From positions 8,823,231-8,887,230 of the forward strand of contig MU054187.1 in NCBI GenBank assembly GCA_013239625.1: DNA of 64,000 bases, given 5' to 3'. The notes beneath the pieces were generated by a model, which searched no databases, was not told the origin of the DNA, and saw nothing but the letters and a program-made list of their open reading frames with translations. Numbering within the stretch: position 1 is the stretch's first letter; the number at the start of each line of letters is the position of its first letter. Shown here in pieces: positions 38,243-50,725 of this stretch. The translations under genes and the position numbers were made by a program. Source of the stretch: Lama guanicoe (taxonomy: Eukaryota).

Positions 38243-39897
38243 CAAGCTACCCAGGACATTTTTCACAGAACTAGAACAAGTAATACTCAAATTTATATGA
38301 AATCACAAAAGACCCAGAATTGCCAAAGCAATAGTGAAGAAAAAGAATGAAGGTGGAGGAATAACCCTCCCAAACTTCAGACAGTACTACAGAGCTACAG
38401 TAATCAAAACAGCGAGGTATTGGCACAAAAACAGGCATATGAATCAATGGAACAGAGTAGAGAGACCAGAAATAAACCCACACATCTACGGTCAATTGAT
38501 CTTTAAAAAAGGAGGCAAGAATATACAATGGAGAAAAGACAGTCTCTTCAGCAAGTGGTGTTGGGAAAACTGGACAGCTGCATGTAAATCAATGAGGTCT
38601 GAACACTCACATCATACCCCAAAATAAACTCAAAATGGCTTAAAGACATAAACGTAAGACAGGACACTATAAACCTCCTAGAAGAATACATAGGCAAAAC
38701 ATGCTCTGACATAAATCTTAGCAATGCTCTCCTAGGGCAGTCTACCCAGGCCATAGAAATAAAAGCAAAAATAAACAAACGGGACATAATTAAACTTATA
38801 AGCTTTTACAAAGGAAACTATAAACAAAACAAAAAGACAACTTATGGAATGGGAGAAAATATTTGTAAATGATGTGGCTAACAGGGGCTTCATTTCCAGA
38901 ATATACAAACAGCTCATACAACTCAATAACAAAAACAAAAAAACCCACCCCAAAAATGGGCAGAAGACCTAAAGAAACACTTCTCCAATGAAGACATACA
39001 AATGGCCAATAGGCACATTTTTTTTTAAATGCTCAATTTCATTAATTATCAGAGAAATGCAAATCAAAACTATAATGAGGTATCACCCCACACCAGTCAG
39101 AATGGCCATCATTCAAAAGCCCACAAAGGAGAAATGCTGGAGAGGGTGTGGAGAAAGGGGAACCTCCTACACTGCTGATGGGAATATAGTTTGGTGCAGC
39201 TATTATGGAAAACAGTATGGAGATTCCTCAAAAGACTAAAAATAGAGTTACCATACGATCCAGTAAGCCCAGTTCTGGGCATATCTCCAGAGGGAGCTTT
39301 AATTCAGAAAGATACATGCACCCCAGTGTTCACAGCAGCACTATTTACAATAGCCAAGACATGGAAACAACCTAAATGTCCATCAACAGATGACTGGGTA
39401 AAGAAGTTGTGATATATCTATACAACAATATACTACTCGGCCATAAAAAATAATAAAATAATGCCATTTGTGGCAACATGGATGGACCTGGAGATTGTCA
39501 TTCTTAAGTGAAGTAAGCCAGAAAGAGAAAGAAAAATACCATATGATATTACTTACATGTGGAATCTAAAAAAAAAAAAAAGACAAATGAATTTATTTGC
39601 AAGAGAAAGACTCACAGGCATAGAAAACAAACTCATGGTTAAGGAGGCGAGGAGTGGGGATGGAGGGATAAACTGGGAGTTTGGGATTTGCAGATACACA
39701 CTACTATATATAAAATAGCTAAACAACAAGGTCCTACTGTAGAGCACAGGGAACTATATTCAATATCTTATAATAACCCATAATGAAAAAGAATATGACA
39801 GAGAATGTATATATGTATAACTGAAACACTACGCTGTACACCAGAAATTAACACATTGTAAACCGACTATACTTTGATAAAGAAAAGAAAAAAAAGA
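38243..39897 (+). mobile_element. Relatively young 5'-truncated L1 (ORF2 C-terminal part, 3' UTR, A-tail), frameshifted
   Basis: ORF2 peptides [40 protein letters not shown] (zinc knuckle) and IAKTWKQPKCPSTDDW. Camelid-style 3' UTR. Confidence 0.95.
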
Positions 39898-39909
39898 ATT
39901 TTTCAAAAA

Positions 39910-40045
39910 GCACAAAATAAGATGGTAGCTCTAAATCCAAGTATTGCATCAAACACAAATGGACTAAATATGACAATTAAAAGAGGGTCAGAATGGATTT
40001 CTTTAACTATATGTATACAGAAAGATGTACCTTAAATATGAAAAT
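39910..40045 (+). mobile_element. Old L1 ORF2 start fragment
   Basis: cacaaaataagatggtag...aaatggactaaat...attaaaagag. Confidence 0.55.
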
Positions 40046-40704
40046 GCTTAGCATGGTGCCTGGCATATGGTGTCCCCAAAAGGAAGCTGGTGGTGGAAGC
40101 CGTAATTAATATGACTGTGAAGGTAATTACCAGCTTCCAAAGGAACCAGATGAAAGCTCTTCGGAAGATGTAGAAAAGGGGATGTGGCTAGTTCACAAAT
40201 GTGCCAATTATTGGTCCACGAAATAGACATTAAAAGTTCTTTCCATGAAGGCACAGTATGAGTTGAAACCAAACATAACCTGCTTTGGTTTAAATTTTTT
40301 TCTCTTTATTAATATATGATATTATATAAACAGAATTTCACACTGTGTTCAACCAGCCAGTGATTTGTATCAATGAGAATTTGGAGGAAGCTCTTTATCC
40401 TATGGTGACCATTTACAGATTTTAATTTCTTCATCAAAACAAGATTTTTTTCCCATATTTAGCTAAACTTTAAAGCACTTGGAGGCCAATATGGTGATCT
40501 TTCAAAGTAAACAACTGCTCCAGATATTTGAGACCTTTTTGTAACCCAGTATTAATGCTTCAAAGGTAATCTGCACACATTGTCAAATAGCATTTCCCCA
40601 ATGCAAGTCTAATTTTAATCACAAAATGTTTCTCTTTGTTCTTCAGGAAATTTTCAACTTAGATGTTTAACTTTTTAAATGTTTAAAATTTTGAGAAGAG
40701 TAAG

Positions 40705-41285
40705 CCTTTTTATTTTTCATTTTGAAAAAATCCAAACAACAGAAAAGTTGCATGAATAACACAATGAAACTTTTCATATTGATTCACCAGTTTCTAACAT
40801 TTTGCCACATTTGCTGTGTATCTGTCTCTCTCCCCACATACACATGCACACACACAGAGCAATTGTTATTTTCCTGAGCCTTCTGAACATAAATTACAGA
40901 CATCACTCTTTACCCCTCAATATTCAACTGAAATCTCCTAAGAAGAACAGTTTCTTATACATCTGCAAAATAATTATCAAATTCAGTAAATTTAAAATTG
41001 ATACACCAATACTGTGTACTGAATTTATTGTATATTGTATATTTGAAAGTTGCCAAGAGGATAAATCTTACAAGTTCTCATAAGAAAAAAAAAATTTAAC
41101 TATGTGTGGTAGTAACTAGACTTAACCATGGTGATCATTTCACAATATATACAAACACTGAATCACTAGGTTGAACACCTAAAATTAATACAATATTTTT
41201 GTCAATCATATCTCAACTTAAAAAATAAACTATTTTTAAAAATTGATACACCACTGTTAACTAATAGAGTTACTATTTAAATTTT
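40705..41285 (-). mobile_element. L1MC-type 3' end split by a younger L1 tail
   Basis: acagaaaagttgc...taacattttgccacatttgct...ctttacccctcaatattc. Confidence 0.75.
41009..41238 (+). mobile_element. L1MA9-like 3' tail
   Basis: Perfect 15-bp TSD aaaattgatacacca (40994-41008 and 41239-41253) at a TT/AAAA endonuclease site. Confidence 0.88.
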
Positions 41286-41299
41286 TGAAAATCTAGCTC

Positions 41300-41570
41300 T
41301 TATGTGACGCCTTCAGGGAAGCCTCTCCTGACTCCCCTTCCTTCCTGATCATTTTTATTATGTCTCCTCTCCTGCCTTGTTACTTTCCATGAGAGCTTAG
41401 TGTTGTGCTGGTCACAGTCCAAGTGACTTCCTTTGCATCTTCTCTCCTGTCAGAACATGGCTCTGGAGAGCAGAAACCAGGTTTTATTTACTTTGCATCC
41501 CCAGTGCCTGGGACAGTACTCAACACTCGTAGATACTCCAAAAATATTTTCTCAGTGAATGACATAAATG
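41300..41570 (+). mobile_element. L2 3' end
   Basis: cttcagggaagcctctcctgac...catccccagtgcctgggacagtac...gtgaatga. Confidence 0.75.
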
Positions 41571-42179
41571 CATCATGTGTTCTCGGTTTGCTCTTTGTGT
41601 CTTTACCCAAAGCACCTGATCACCAATTTATGTTTAGCTTGTGGTCAACTTAAACATCGTGGTGTTGGTTTTTTTTTTTTCTACTAGGTCAATGAGACAC
41701 ATTACATTACTTCACATGCACCATAAAATCTCAGAGTGTTCATTTTCAGTTAAAATCTAATCTTTCCAGCTTCTGCCCAATCGCTGGCTCCTGCCGTATA
41801 ACCAGTTACATTCTAAAACTAACAATATTTTCAAAAGGCACACAAATGATAAGAAGACATTCTCATAAGAATTAGAAAACAAATTATTATATACAAGCAA
41901 AGAAAAATAGAGGTTAAAATTAATATTTATGCTATATGTATATGAGGCTTCAAACTTTAAATCTCTCTTCCTTCCCGATCCTTTTTCCACAATCAGAAAT
42001 GGGACAGCAAAAGAAACTGGAAGGGGAGGGGAAAAGAGGAGAAAAGAATGCTTCAGCTTAGTAATAAAAGCTGGGTTTGTATCAAGATAGACGTCATTTC
42101 AAAGAGAGAAGAGAAATGTCAGATAGAGGGTTCTATCTACCCCAGTACCTTCTAAATCTAAAGATTCCACCAAGGAACA

Positions 42180-42340
42180 CTCGTTGAATGGCTACTATTG
42201 TCCAGTTCTCTGAGAAATCACATACTTTATCTCACTTTATCTTCACAACAAACCCGCAGCATCATTGCCATTATCATCTCATTCTATAAATAACACTGAG
42301 GTTTAGAGACGTCACAGGCCTTATACATGGAGCCACAAAA
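42180..42340 (-). mobile_element. MIR fragment
   Basis: atcttcacaacaaaccc...ctcattctataaataacactgaggtttagag. Confidence 0.65.
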
Positions 42341-42501
42341 GTATTGCAGCATTTCATGGAATGCCTTTTTTTTCCAACTTTGGTCACAGGACTCATCGTT
42401 ATTTTATTTTCCCCTAAAAAAGAAAAAATGCTGAAAGCTAAAATAAAATAATATGCAAAGGTGTCACTGAATTTAAAGTGCATCTCAATAAAAATGCGTT
42501 T

Positions 42502-42752
42502 TCAAATCAGTGAAACAAGGTAAGCAGAAGAGCCAGGACTTGAACACGTCTTCCAGCTCAGTGCCAAGCTGGCTCCCACCTTGCCAGAGTCAGACACAGC
42601 GCTGGCATCCACACAGGCTGATGTCACCAGGTACAGCCGATTCCTCAGGTGTTGAAGGCAAAGGGACATTTCTGACCAACCCACCCAGGTGAGAAAGATC
42701 CGGGTGGCCTCCCTGGGAGGTAATGAGTATTCCATGAATAACAATTCAAAGA
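42502..42752 (-). other. Candidate terminal exon, phase 1 (unverified)
   Basis: cctttctctgtgtcctgtttcaag|TCTTTG..., 82 codons to TGA. Minus-strand AATAAA at 42403-42408. Confidence 0.12.
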
Positions 42753-44229
42753 CTTGAAACAGGACACAGAGAAAGGCACACAGGAGAGGTACCATTCTCT
42801 TAATATTCGCAAGGACATGACCAGGAGCTGCAGGCAATGGACCTTGTGTCTGAAGGCCTAGACACAGAAGAGCTCAGAGACCTGCCCCGTAGTGCAATAC
42901 ATCCAGGGCGGAATCTTAATTAAAACGCAGTTTCTCACTCCAGGCCTGTGTGGAGGCCACTTTGGCACACTGCTTTCCCTGCACAACTGTGATTCTTCCT
43001 GAATAATTGAAGCCCAGACTTTGTCCATATCAGGAATATTACTGTTTGATTTTGTGGTCCCAAAGGGACAGCTGCAAACAGCTGATGCCTCTGCTGGTAC
43101 TGAAATTGCTAGAGAATGTGGGACTTTTTTCTAGTTTCCTGTTGGAAAACTCTCCAGCCATTGCACTGGGAAGCTGGGGCTTCTTAGAGGATTAAAAAAA
43201 AGTGCAAGAATATACTGAGAAGGGGAATTGGTGACTGAGATGCTTTTCTGCAAGGCAAAACTGCATCTGAGCAATAAATTGTTAAAAAAAATTAATTAAT
43301 TATACATGGAATAACCCAGCCCCCCTCAGGAACTGAGATAATGCAGAATAAGTTCCTGCTAAGGGAAAGATGTGAATTTTAATATGCACACCATAGCAGC
43401 GTAGCACTACTCACATACACGGACCACAAAAACATGCCCCATTCCCCCTGCCTTACCCCAGCCAAAGCAAAGAACAAACCACAAAGGCCGAGCTACGAAA
43501 GATACTTTCTTCAAACAGAAGTCCTGAGATGTGAATTCACAAATGAAGAAGACTGGCTGTGATACGACCTCAGACCTGGGTCTCGGCCCCGCAATCCCCA
43601 TGTGGGTCACAGAGCGAGGGCAGGGCTCCATCCAGCAGCAGAGTTTGTGTTCTTTGCCATTTGCAAATGCGAACTCCCTTCCAAATTGCTTTGTTGTTAC
43701 TTCGCACAGGAATGCTATTGATAAAACAGCTATGGTTTTCTTACATGCAAAAAAAAAAAAAAGTTTGAAACAGGCACAGAAGGAATTGATTACTTGCTTT
43801 AACAAAAACACACAGGGGAGTTCATCAAAATTCCCAGGTGGAGACAAAAGAACATAAACCAAACATCTCTCTCCCTACTTGGTGGCAAAGAACTTGAGGG
43901 GAAAACAGAATTCTGGAATGGCTTTTCAGGCCTGAACTTATAAAAAAGGTTCCAACAGCTGAGACTCCCAAAGCCAGAGCAAACCAGTCACTCACACTTG
44001 GCTTTTCCCCCCCTGTTATCTCATGGCCATAGACGAAGTACATAATTACAGGCAAACATCGCTTATCTAATAAAAAATGGAAAAATCTTTAACTTCTCTT
44101 TTAAAAGACAGTAGCTACGTGAAGTTAGTACGTGTGAAAATTAGTGGGAAATACACTTGATGGATGCAGCAAATGAAAAAAAAAAAGAGTGCTAATTCTG
44201 GAATTTTGTCTGAACTTTTACTTTCTGTG

Positions 44230-44440
44230 GAGGAAGGAAGCTTGAATTTCAAGCCAGGAGACCTGGGTTCAGCTCCCATCTCTGTCATTTCAGTGTGAAG
44301 CCTGGTGACAAATTTACCCACTCTCTGCCTCAGCACCCTTACTGTATAGTGGAGGAAAAACTCCCCACCGCACACACTTGCTGAGAGAGGAAAATGAGAT
44401 GGCGAAAGCTCTTAGCTCGGACTCAATAAAGGTGAGTTGA
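44230..44440 (+). mobile_element. MIR SINE
   Basis: ggagacctgggttcagctccc...ctctctgcctcag...ctcaataaa. Confidence 0.75.
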
Positions 44441-44878
44441 ATATTCATCTGGCAGCCCAAAAAGAAATACATTTTGCAGACAGCAGAAATCACCGTCAGA
44501 GGGACAGCCTTGAATAAGAGTCATCTATCTCAAAATACTGTCACCAAAAGAAAGTCCTCCTCATTTGCTGGGGGGCAAAGAAGGAATAAATTGAGGGCAA
44601 GGATTATTTGACTTTATTTATCTGCCTGTTTTTGGTTTGAATTTGGTTTGGGGGTTGTTTTTCATTTTTGTTGGTTGGTTAATTTGGGTTTTTTGGTGTA
44701 TGGTACCTACCACATGTCAGGTACTCAAAAAGTGTTTATTGGATGGAATTTAAAAAGGGAGGAATCTGGTCAGGGACCCTGCCCCTGTAATATACTGTAT
44801 TCCCAGGACTTACCACAATGCCATGCAGATATTACACTTTCAGGGAATTTTGCAGTATGACTGAATACTAGTAGGTTT

Positions 44879-45558
44879 TTTTGTTTTTTTAGTTGAGATA
44901 TAACTGGCATATAAAAACCACATTAGTTTTAGGTGTACAACAAAATGATTCCATATGTATATACATTATGAAATGATCCATACAATAAGTTTAGTTAATA
45001 CCCATTGTTTTTCTTGAGAACTTTTAAGTTCTACCCTCTTAGCAACTTTCAAACACGCAGTACAGCAGTATTGTTAACTGTAGTCACCATGCTATGCATT
45101 ACATCCCAGGACTTCTTTATCGTAATAACTGGAAGTTTGTACATTTTGACCCCTTTCACCTATTTTGCCCAGTTCTCCACCCCTAACTCCTGCCTCTGGC
45201 AACCACCAATCTATTCTCTGTATCTGTAAGTGTAATTTTTTGTTTGTTTTACGATCCCACATATAAGTGAGATCATGTGGTATCTGTCTTTTTCTGTCTG
45301 ACTTATTTCACTTAGTGCAATGCCCTCAAGGTCCACCCATGTTGTCATAAGTGGCAGAGTTTTCTTCTTTTTATGGCTAAACAATACTCCATGGTAAATA
45401 TATATAGATATATACCACTACTTCTGTATCCATTTATCTGTCAGTAGACACTTAGGGTGTCTCCATGCCTTGGCTATCATAAATATTGTTTTAATGAACA
45501 TGGGGGAGCAAATGTCTTTTCAAGATAATGATTTCATTTTCTTCAGATGAATACCCAG
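44879..45558 (-). mobile_element. L1 (L1MA9-like) 3' end
   Basis: Poly(T) start, tctaccctcttagcaactttcaaa, ccacatataagtgagatcatgtgg. Approximate TSD tgaatac(tagt/c)aggtttt. Confidence 0.9.
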
Positions 45559-46124
45559 TGAATACCAGGTTTTAAAATAAGAATTTTTCAAGTTCTTCTC
45601 CTATTACACTTTTGTATTAACCTTTCTGAATTTTTATTTTCACTGCCCTTTACAGGAGTTCTGGCCTCTCCGTATTGAAATAGAAAATCCAAACCCTGTC
45701 TGATCTTCAGTATTTTATAAAACTTTATTGTCTTGCCAATATCATGAAACTGTCCATAATACAACATCCTGTCCAATTATCTTCCAATTTAATTCTTCCC
45801 CAACTGTTTTCAACATAACATCCCACGTCCCTGGGCTCCTAGTATATTATACAACCAGCTCCATAAAAGTTCCAAGAGTATCTGAGTCCTCCCAACCTCT
45901 TGACCCAGGTCCACAACTTAAATTTATCTGTTTCTTCATCCAACATCCACCTGCACATTTAAGTAACATAAACATCAAATTCCAAAGAGGAGAAAGGAAC
46001 CCCTATCTTTAATTATGCCTTAGTCACAAGAGGGGCCATCAGAATTCTCCAAGTCCAAAGGGAATGCCAAGTACCCCAGATGAGTTTTCCTCCCTGAGAA
46101 ATGGAGGTTACTGGAGAAAATCAC

Positions 46125-46290
46125 TCGTCACTTACTAGCTGTGCCCTGGGCTGAACTGCTCCCTAATTCAAGTTCCTCATCTCAAAATCAAGATGATGAT
46201 AGTGCTTACTTCACAGGCTTTTTATGAGGATAAAATGAGGCTTATACATTAAAACACTTAGAAGAAGGCATTCAGTAAGCTCTATTAAGA
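46125..46290 (+). mobile_element. MIR SINE
   Basis: cacttactagctgtgccctggg...gttcctcatct...tgaggataaaatgag. Confidence 0.8.
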
Positions 46291-46316
46291 GTGTGTGTGT
46301 GTGTGTGTGTGTGTGT
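46291..46316. repeat. (GT)13 microsatellite
   Basis: Perfect dinucleotide run. Confidence 0.95.
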
Positions 46317-46328
46317 ATAATATACTTG

Positions 46329-49090
46329 GCCTTTTTCAGCATCCTGGTGGACCCCAACAGCCACTATCTATCTGTCCTCACTTGGAACAGTCAACAATAT
46401 ACCCGATCAGTCGCGCCTCAAGGGTTTACTGAGGCCCCTTCTTATTCCTCCTAAGTGCTCCACCAAGATGTAAGCATCCTGCAGTCTCCAGGAAATCGGC
46501 CCTTTACGATTTGTGGATGAGCACTTGCCATGCTCAGTTATTAAAGGGGAGTCCACAAAAAGGTCTGTTTATTTACTGCAACAGTGAAAACAGACACTAA
46601 GTCTCTAAAGAGAAATGATAATGATCTCTAGACACTGTTCATTACCTAGGTCATAATCTAGGAGCTGAAGGAATCCATCAATCTCTAAAAAGAATTAAGC
46701 TAATCCAAGAATTGACTAGACCCGTCTGCAACTCAGCGGCAGCTTTGTGGATTTCTAGGATTGGCTGGTTATTGCAGACTGCAGGCTCCTAATATTTCTC
46801 TATTAGCTTCCCCAGTCCATGAATTTAACTAAAATTTCCATCCCTGAACCCCTTCCTTGGGAAGATAAACATAAGCAGGCTTTTATAAAACAAAAACAAG
46901 AGCTCCAAGAAACCTTAGGGCTACCTAACCATTCAAAAACTATTCAAGTACTTTATTTGTTCATGAAAGAGATAACCAAGCCCAGAAATGCCCACACAAA
47001 AACAAAGTAATAAACACAGGCCTATTGCATACAATAGCAGGCAGCTTCATTCAGTGGTTCCTGCCCATCCCACCTGCCTTAAGGCCACAGTAGCCAATGC
47101 AAAGTTAGTAGAAGTGTCAACAGACCCAATCCTAGGAAATGACATCTATTTACACATTCCTCACATTTCTCTGCAAGCAGACTAACCTACAAGATCGTTC
47201 TGCTTTCACCTCCTAATCTTTAAAGGGGTGGGGGGCGGCGAGGAGAGGTAATTAGGTTTATTTATTTATTTTTAGAGGAGGTACTGGGACTGAACCCGCA
47301 ACCTCCTGCAAGACTTCATGCATGCTCAGCATGTGCTCTACCGCTTGCGTTATACTCCCCTCCACCTCCTGGACTACATCTTCAACGTTGCCACGTTCTT
47401 AATCCTGCTACGTTACTGCCTCCATCTGGAGAAGGCACACCCCATGACTGCAAGCTAATAATGTCCCATTTCGTGACACCATGTCCTGATTTATGAGATA
47501 CCCTTTAACCAATCCTGGTTTAATTTTGTTTGTTGATGGGTAATACATCGAAATTAAATAGGGAATTTTTCAAGCTGGTTATGATTATGCTATTACTAGA
47601 AAGTAATATGACCTACTTGAAAGCGGAAATTCCCACAGCTACATCAGCCCAGCGAGCAGAGCGCCATGCCCTGACCAAGCAGGCCAGCATCAAAAGGACA
47701 AACTGTAAATACTCATACCAGTAGCCAGTATGCCTTCAGGGTCATAGATGATTATGAAAACAAAGGGGTTTTCTTACGTCCTCTGGAACCTCAATCAAAA
47801 ACGGGCAAGAAGCAAAGAATCTTCTTACTGCTGATCTCTTACCTTTTGACATTGCTGTCGGCAGCAGCAAGAGAAGAGACAAGGGTCGCAGCACATATAG
47901 ATGAAGTCCACTATGCTTCTGCCGAAAATGGCCCCTCATTGCCAGACTTCTGCCATCCTGATAGCCTTGCAACACGGCAACTGTCTGCCCCTGAATCAGA
48001 GAAATTTAGATGGGTAAACAGTGGCTGCAAATTAACTGAATATTCGGGGCTGCAGGAAGCCCCACAGACAACCACTTGGCTCTCCCCAGCTCCCCGGCAG
48101 ACCTCGTTTTTTGGTTTTTGCATTCCTTCACCCACCATAGTACGTTTAAGATGGCTCAGATTATAAACAGACTTTGGAGGGGAGACATCTATAAAATTAC
48201 AAAAACAGTTTACCAGCAATATCTGACCTACCAGGTCCATAACCCTGGAAAACCTATTTTTTGTCCACACAGGCCTCAGACCTCCTCCTTCTGGACCCTT
48301 TGAGCACCCGCAGCTGGACTTCATTCCACTGCCACTCAGTGTGGGTTATCAATATGTTCTTATTATTGTGTGTATGTCTTCTGGATGAGTTGAAGCCTTC
48401 CCCTCCACAAGGCCGATCCCCTCACGACAGCAAAGAAACTGTTAGAAAATGTGTTTCCCACTTGGGGTGTGTCTTCCACAATCTCCAGTGACCGAGGCAC
48501 CCACTTCACCAGACAAATTATACGAGCCTTGATGAAAGGCTTGCAAACTTCTTGTAATGGTCACTGTCCTGATTACCTACATTCATCAGGAAAGGTTGAG
48601 AGAAATGAGATCCTCAAACTCAAAATTGCTACTTGCCGAAACTACTGGATTCTCTTGGTCTCAGGTGTTGCCTCTAATCTCACTGCCTGTTCACAGCACC
48701 CTCTTTGGGAAACATAAACTCACTACACGAAAGACAGTCATTGGCAGACCGATGTCCACTGGCATCCCTCTGCTGCCCCTTGTTGTCTCGGGCTGGAACA
48801 ACCAGCTACTCTAAGTCCCTAGTGTCTTATGCTCAGCCTATCAACAGCAGGGTAAAGAAGCTTTCCCAGATCCCAATTCTAGAGATCTTGTTGGTCCCAA
48901 TCTAGAGCCTAGTGACTGGATGTTCTGGAAATGTCAACAGAGGAAGGCCCTTGAGCCCTGTTGGGAGGGACCTTACCAGGTGCTCCTGACCACTGATCCT
49001 GCTGTGAAACTAGAAGGTGTTGAGCCTTGGGTACACATCCATCTCACAGCTGAGGAGGATTCCAGCCTCCACCCGACACCTGGTCCTGTG
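46329..49090 (+). pseudogene. pol: Degenerate retroviral pol (RT-RNase H-integrase)
   Basis: AFFSILVDPNSHYL...APQGFTEAPSY; FVDE (decayed YVDD); LFVDG; HSFTHH (HHCC remnant); QLDF; ISSDRGTHFT; SSGKVERN; WEGPYQVLLTT. Many stops and frameshifts. Confidence 0.92.
47220..47362 (-). mobile_element. Vic-1-type camelid tRNA-derived SINE inserted in ERV pol
   Basis: Minus strand ggggagtataacgcaagcggtagagcacatgctgagcatgc...gggttcagtcccagtacctcctctaaaaataaataaataaacctaattacctc. TSD core cacctcct (47207-47214 and 47363-47370). Confidence 0.85.
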
Positions 49091-49188
49091 ATAATGCCGG
49101 ACACCTCTGAATCAAACTGCCAGGGAAGAGAAGTAGCTGACGTCGAGAGACACTGCTTCCACCCAAGACACGGGATCAAGACTTCCTA

Positions 49189-50012
49189 ATGCTAAACGTG
49201 AAACTCTTTCTCGTCTTTCTTCCCTTTACTCTGGCATTGGCCTGGAAAGATCACAACCTCATCTGTATCTCCCAGGCCATTGCTAAGGAGGGTAAGCTTT
49301 CAGACTGCTGGATTTGTCGTCAAAGATTCCAATCTTTAATTCCATAATTATCTACAGCAGAATTGCCCCCACTCGCCAAGAACTCTCCCCAGCAGCACCT
49401 ATCCTTACAAAGCATTTGGCATAACTCTTTATTTCAGACTAGGAGATTGGCTAGCACCTCTGCTAAAAACCTGACTAACCCCTGCAATCAATGTGTAAAC
49501 ACAGCAACTCCTCTGAGTAAATCCGTTTCCTGGTTAGGAGCAGATACAAATAAGAATATGATCAGAAACCTCTTCTTAACTCTTGGAGACACTGCCGATT
49601 CTACTGCCAACACATTAGCTGCCCAGCAAAGACCCTTAGACTCTTGGGCCAAAGTGGTTCCCTTAATTATCTTTGGCCAAGCAAGGCTGTGCTGTGCCCA
49701 ACACCACCTGCTGTACTGAGAGCAACGCTTCTGGGTGAGTGAAAACTCAGTTACGCACGATCACTGAGCAAGCCACTTGGTCCTCATTCCTTCAATGAGG
49801 GCTTTATTTGATTGGTTTGGGTCTTGGGGACCTTGGCTTCCAAGTGCACACCAAACACTGGGAATCATCCCTCTGGTTCATTACATTCTCTTAAAAGCTT
49901 TACATGCATGTTCAGGTCACTAACAACAAATTGTCTCCCTAAGACTGGAATTCAGAAAAGGAACAGAGAGAATGACCAACTTACAGACTGTGAACCGGAA
50001 GCTGTGACCTAA
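49189..50012 (+). pseudogene. env: Internally deleted retroviral env
   Basis: Signal-peptide-like MLNVKLFLVFLPFTLALA, CWIC motif, TM heptad MIRNLFLTLGDTADSTANTLAAQQRPLDSWAKVV, and CX6CC motif CAVPNTTCC (49688-49714). Confidence 0.85.
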
Positions 50013-50160
50013 GAAAGTTATGAAGATTGAGCAAGAACATCATGACCTCTGGATACCATCAAAGGCCAACAAAGCCGTGAGGACCCTGGAGCTGAGAGTG
50101 ACACTAATGCCTCACAGTGTGATCTCTCAGTTAGGCAGAGTCTGATCAAAAGGGGGTAAC

Positions 50161-50604
50161 TGTTAAAGAGAAAAACCACAGACCCAAAAGGGTGTCACCT
50201 GTGCTAACGCCTGTGCCACCAAACCTAGATCTAATCCTCACCTAACTGCAGTTTCAACCTTCACTGGCAGAAATGTAATCTTAATCACCATCTGCAATTT
50301 TCTGGTTGGCACCAATGAGGTCATCTGTCATGCAGGCCCGCTCTACCCAGAAAAGGACGCAATTTGCACGAAAAAAAACACATCAGTCCCTTCCCCAAAG
50401 GTGTCCTGACCTAAAAATAATCCTTTCTTTTCTTTTGCTAATAGCTCCCTCGCCCCACCCTTCTTCCTACAAAATCCTCCCGTTCTGCGTAACCCCAACA
50501 CTCTTCCAGTTCCTAGGTTGGGATGCTGCCCACCTAGTTCATGAATCACCTAATAAAGCCAATTACATCTTCAGATTTACTCGGTTGAATTTTGTTTTTT
50601 AACC
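50161..50604 (+). mobile_element. 3' LTR (MER89/MER90/MER110-like)
   Basis: Follows the PPT. Inverted termini TGTTAAA...TTTAAC, with AATAAA at 50552-50557. Confidence 0.85.
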
Positions 50605-50725
50605 ATTTTTAATCCTCACAACAATCTATGTCCTGGACTTGGAGAAGTAAAGTAACTGAAGTAAGCAGAGAAGTCAGAATTCAGACCAGTCTGTCTGACA
50701 CAGAGCTGATGCTCCCAATTGCTGT
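50605..50725 (-). mobile_element. MIR fragment abutting the LTR
   Basis: tttaatcctcacaacaatctatg...cagaattcagaccagtctgtctgac. Confidence 0.6.

Larger units (their letters stand above)
46321..50604 (+). mobile_element. 5'-truncated class I (ERV1) endogenous retrovirus: pol, deleted env, PPT, 3' LTR
   Basis: Colinear RT, RNase H, IN and env motifs. Polypurine tract aaaaggggg (50148-50156) lies just before the LTR. Confidence 0.92.

Noticed and set aside
38334..39412. ORFs with clear protein homology
   Set aside because: They are frameshifted pieces of L1 ORF2, not a host gene or an active element.
47280..47362. tRNA-like sequence
   Set aside because: It is the head of a SINE with an AT-rich tail and TSD, not a tRNA gene.
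46819..49719. Series of + strand ORFs that resembles an operon
   Set aside because: They are fragments of one decayed retroviral pol and env.
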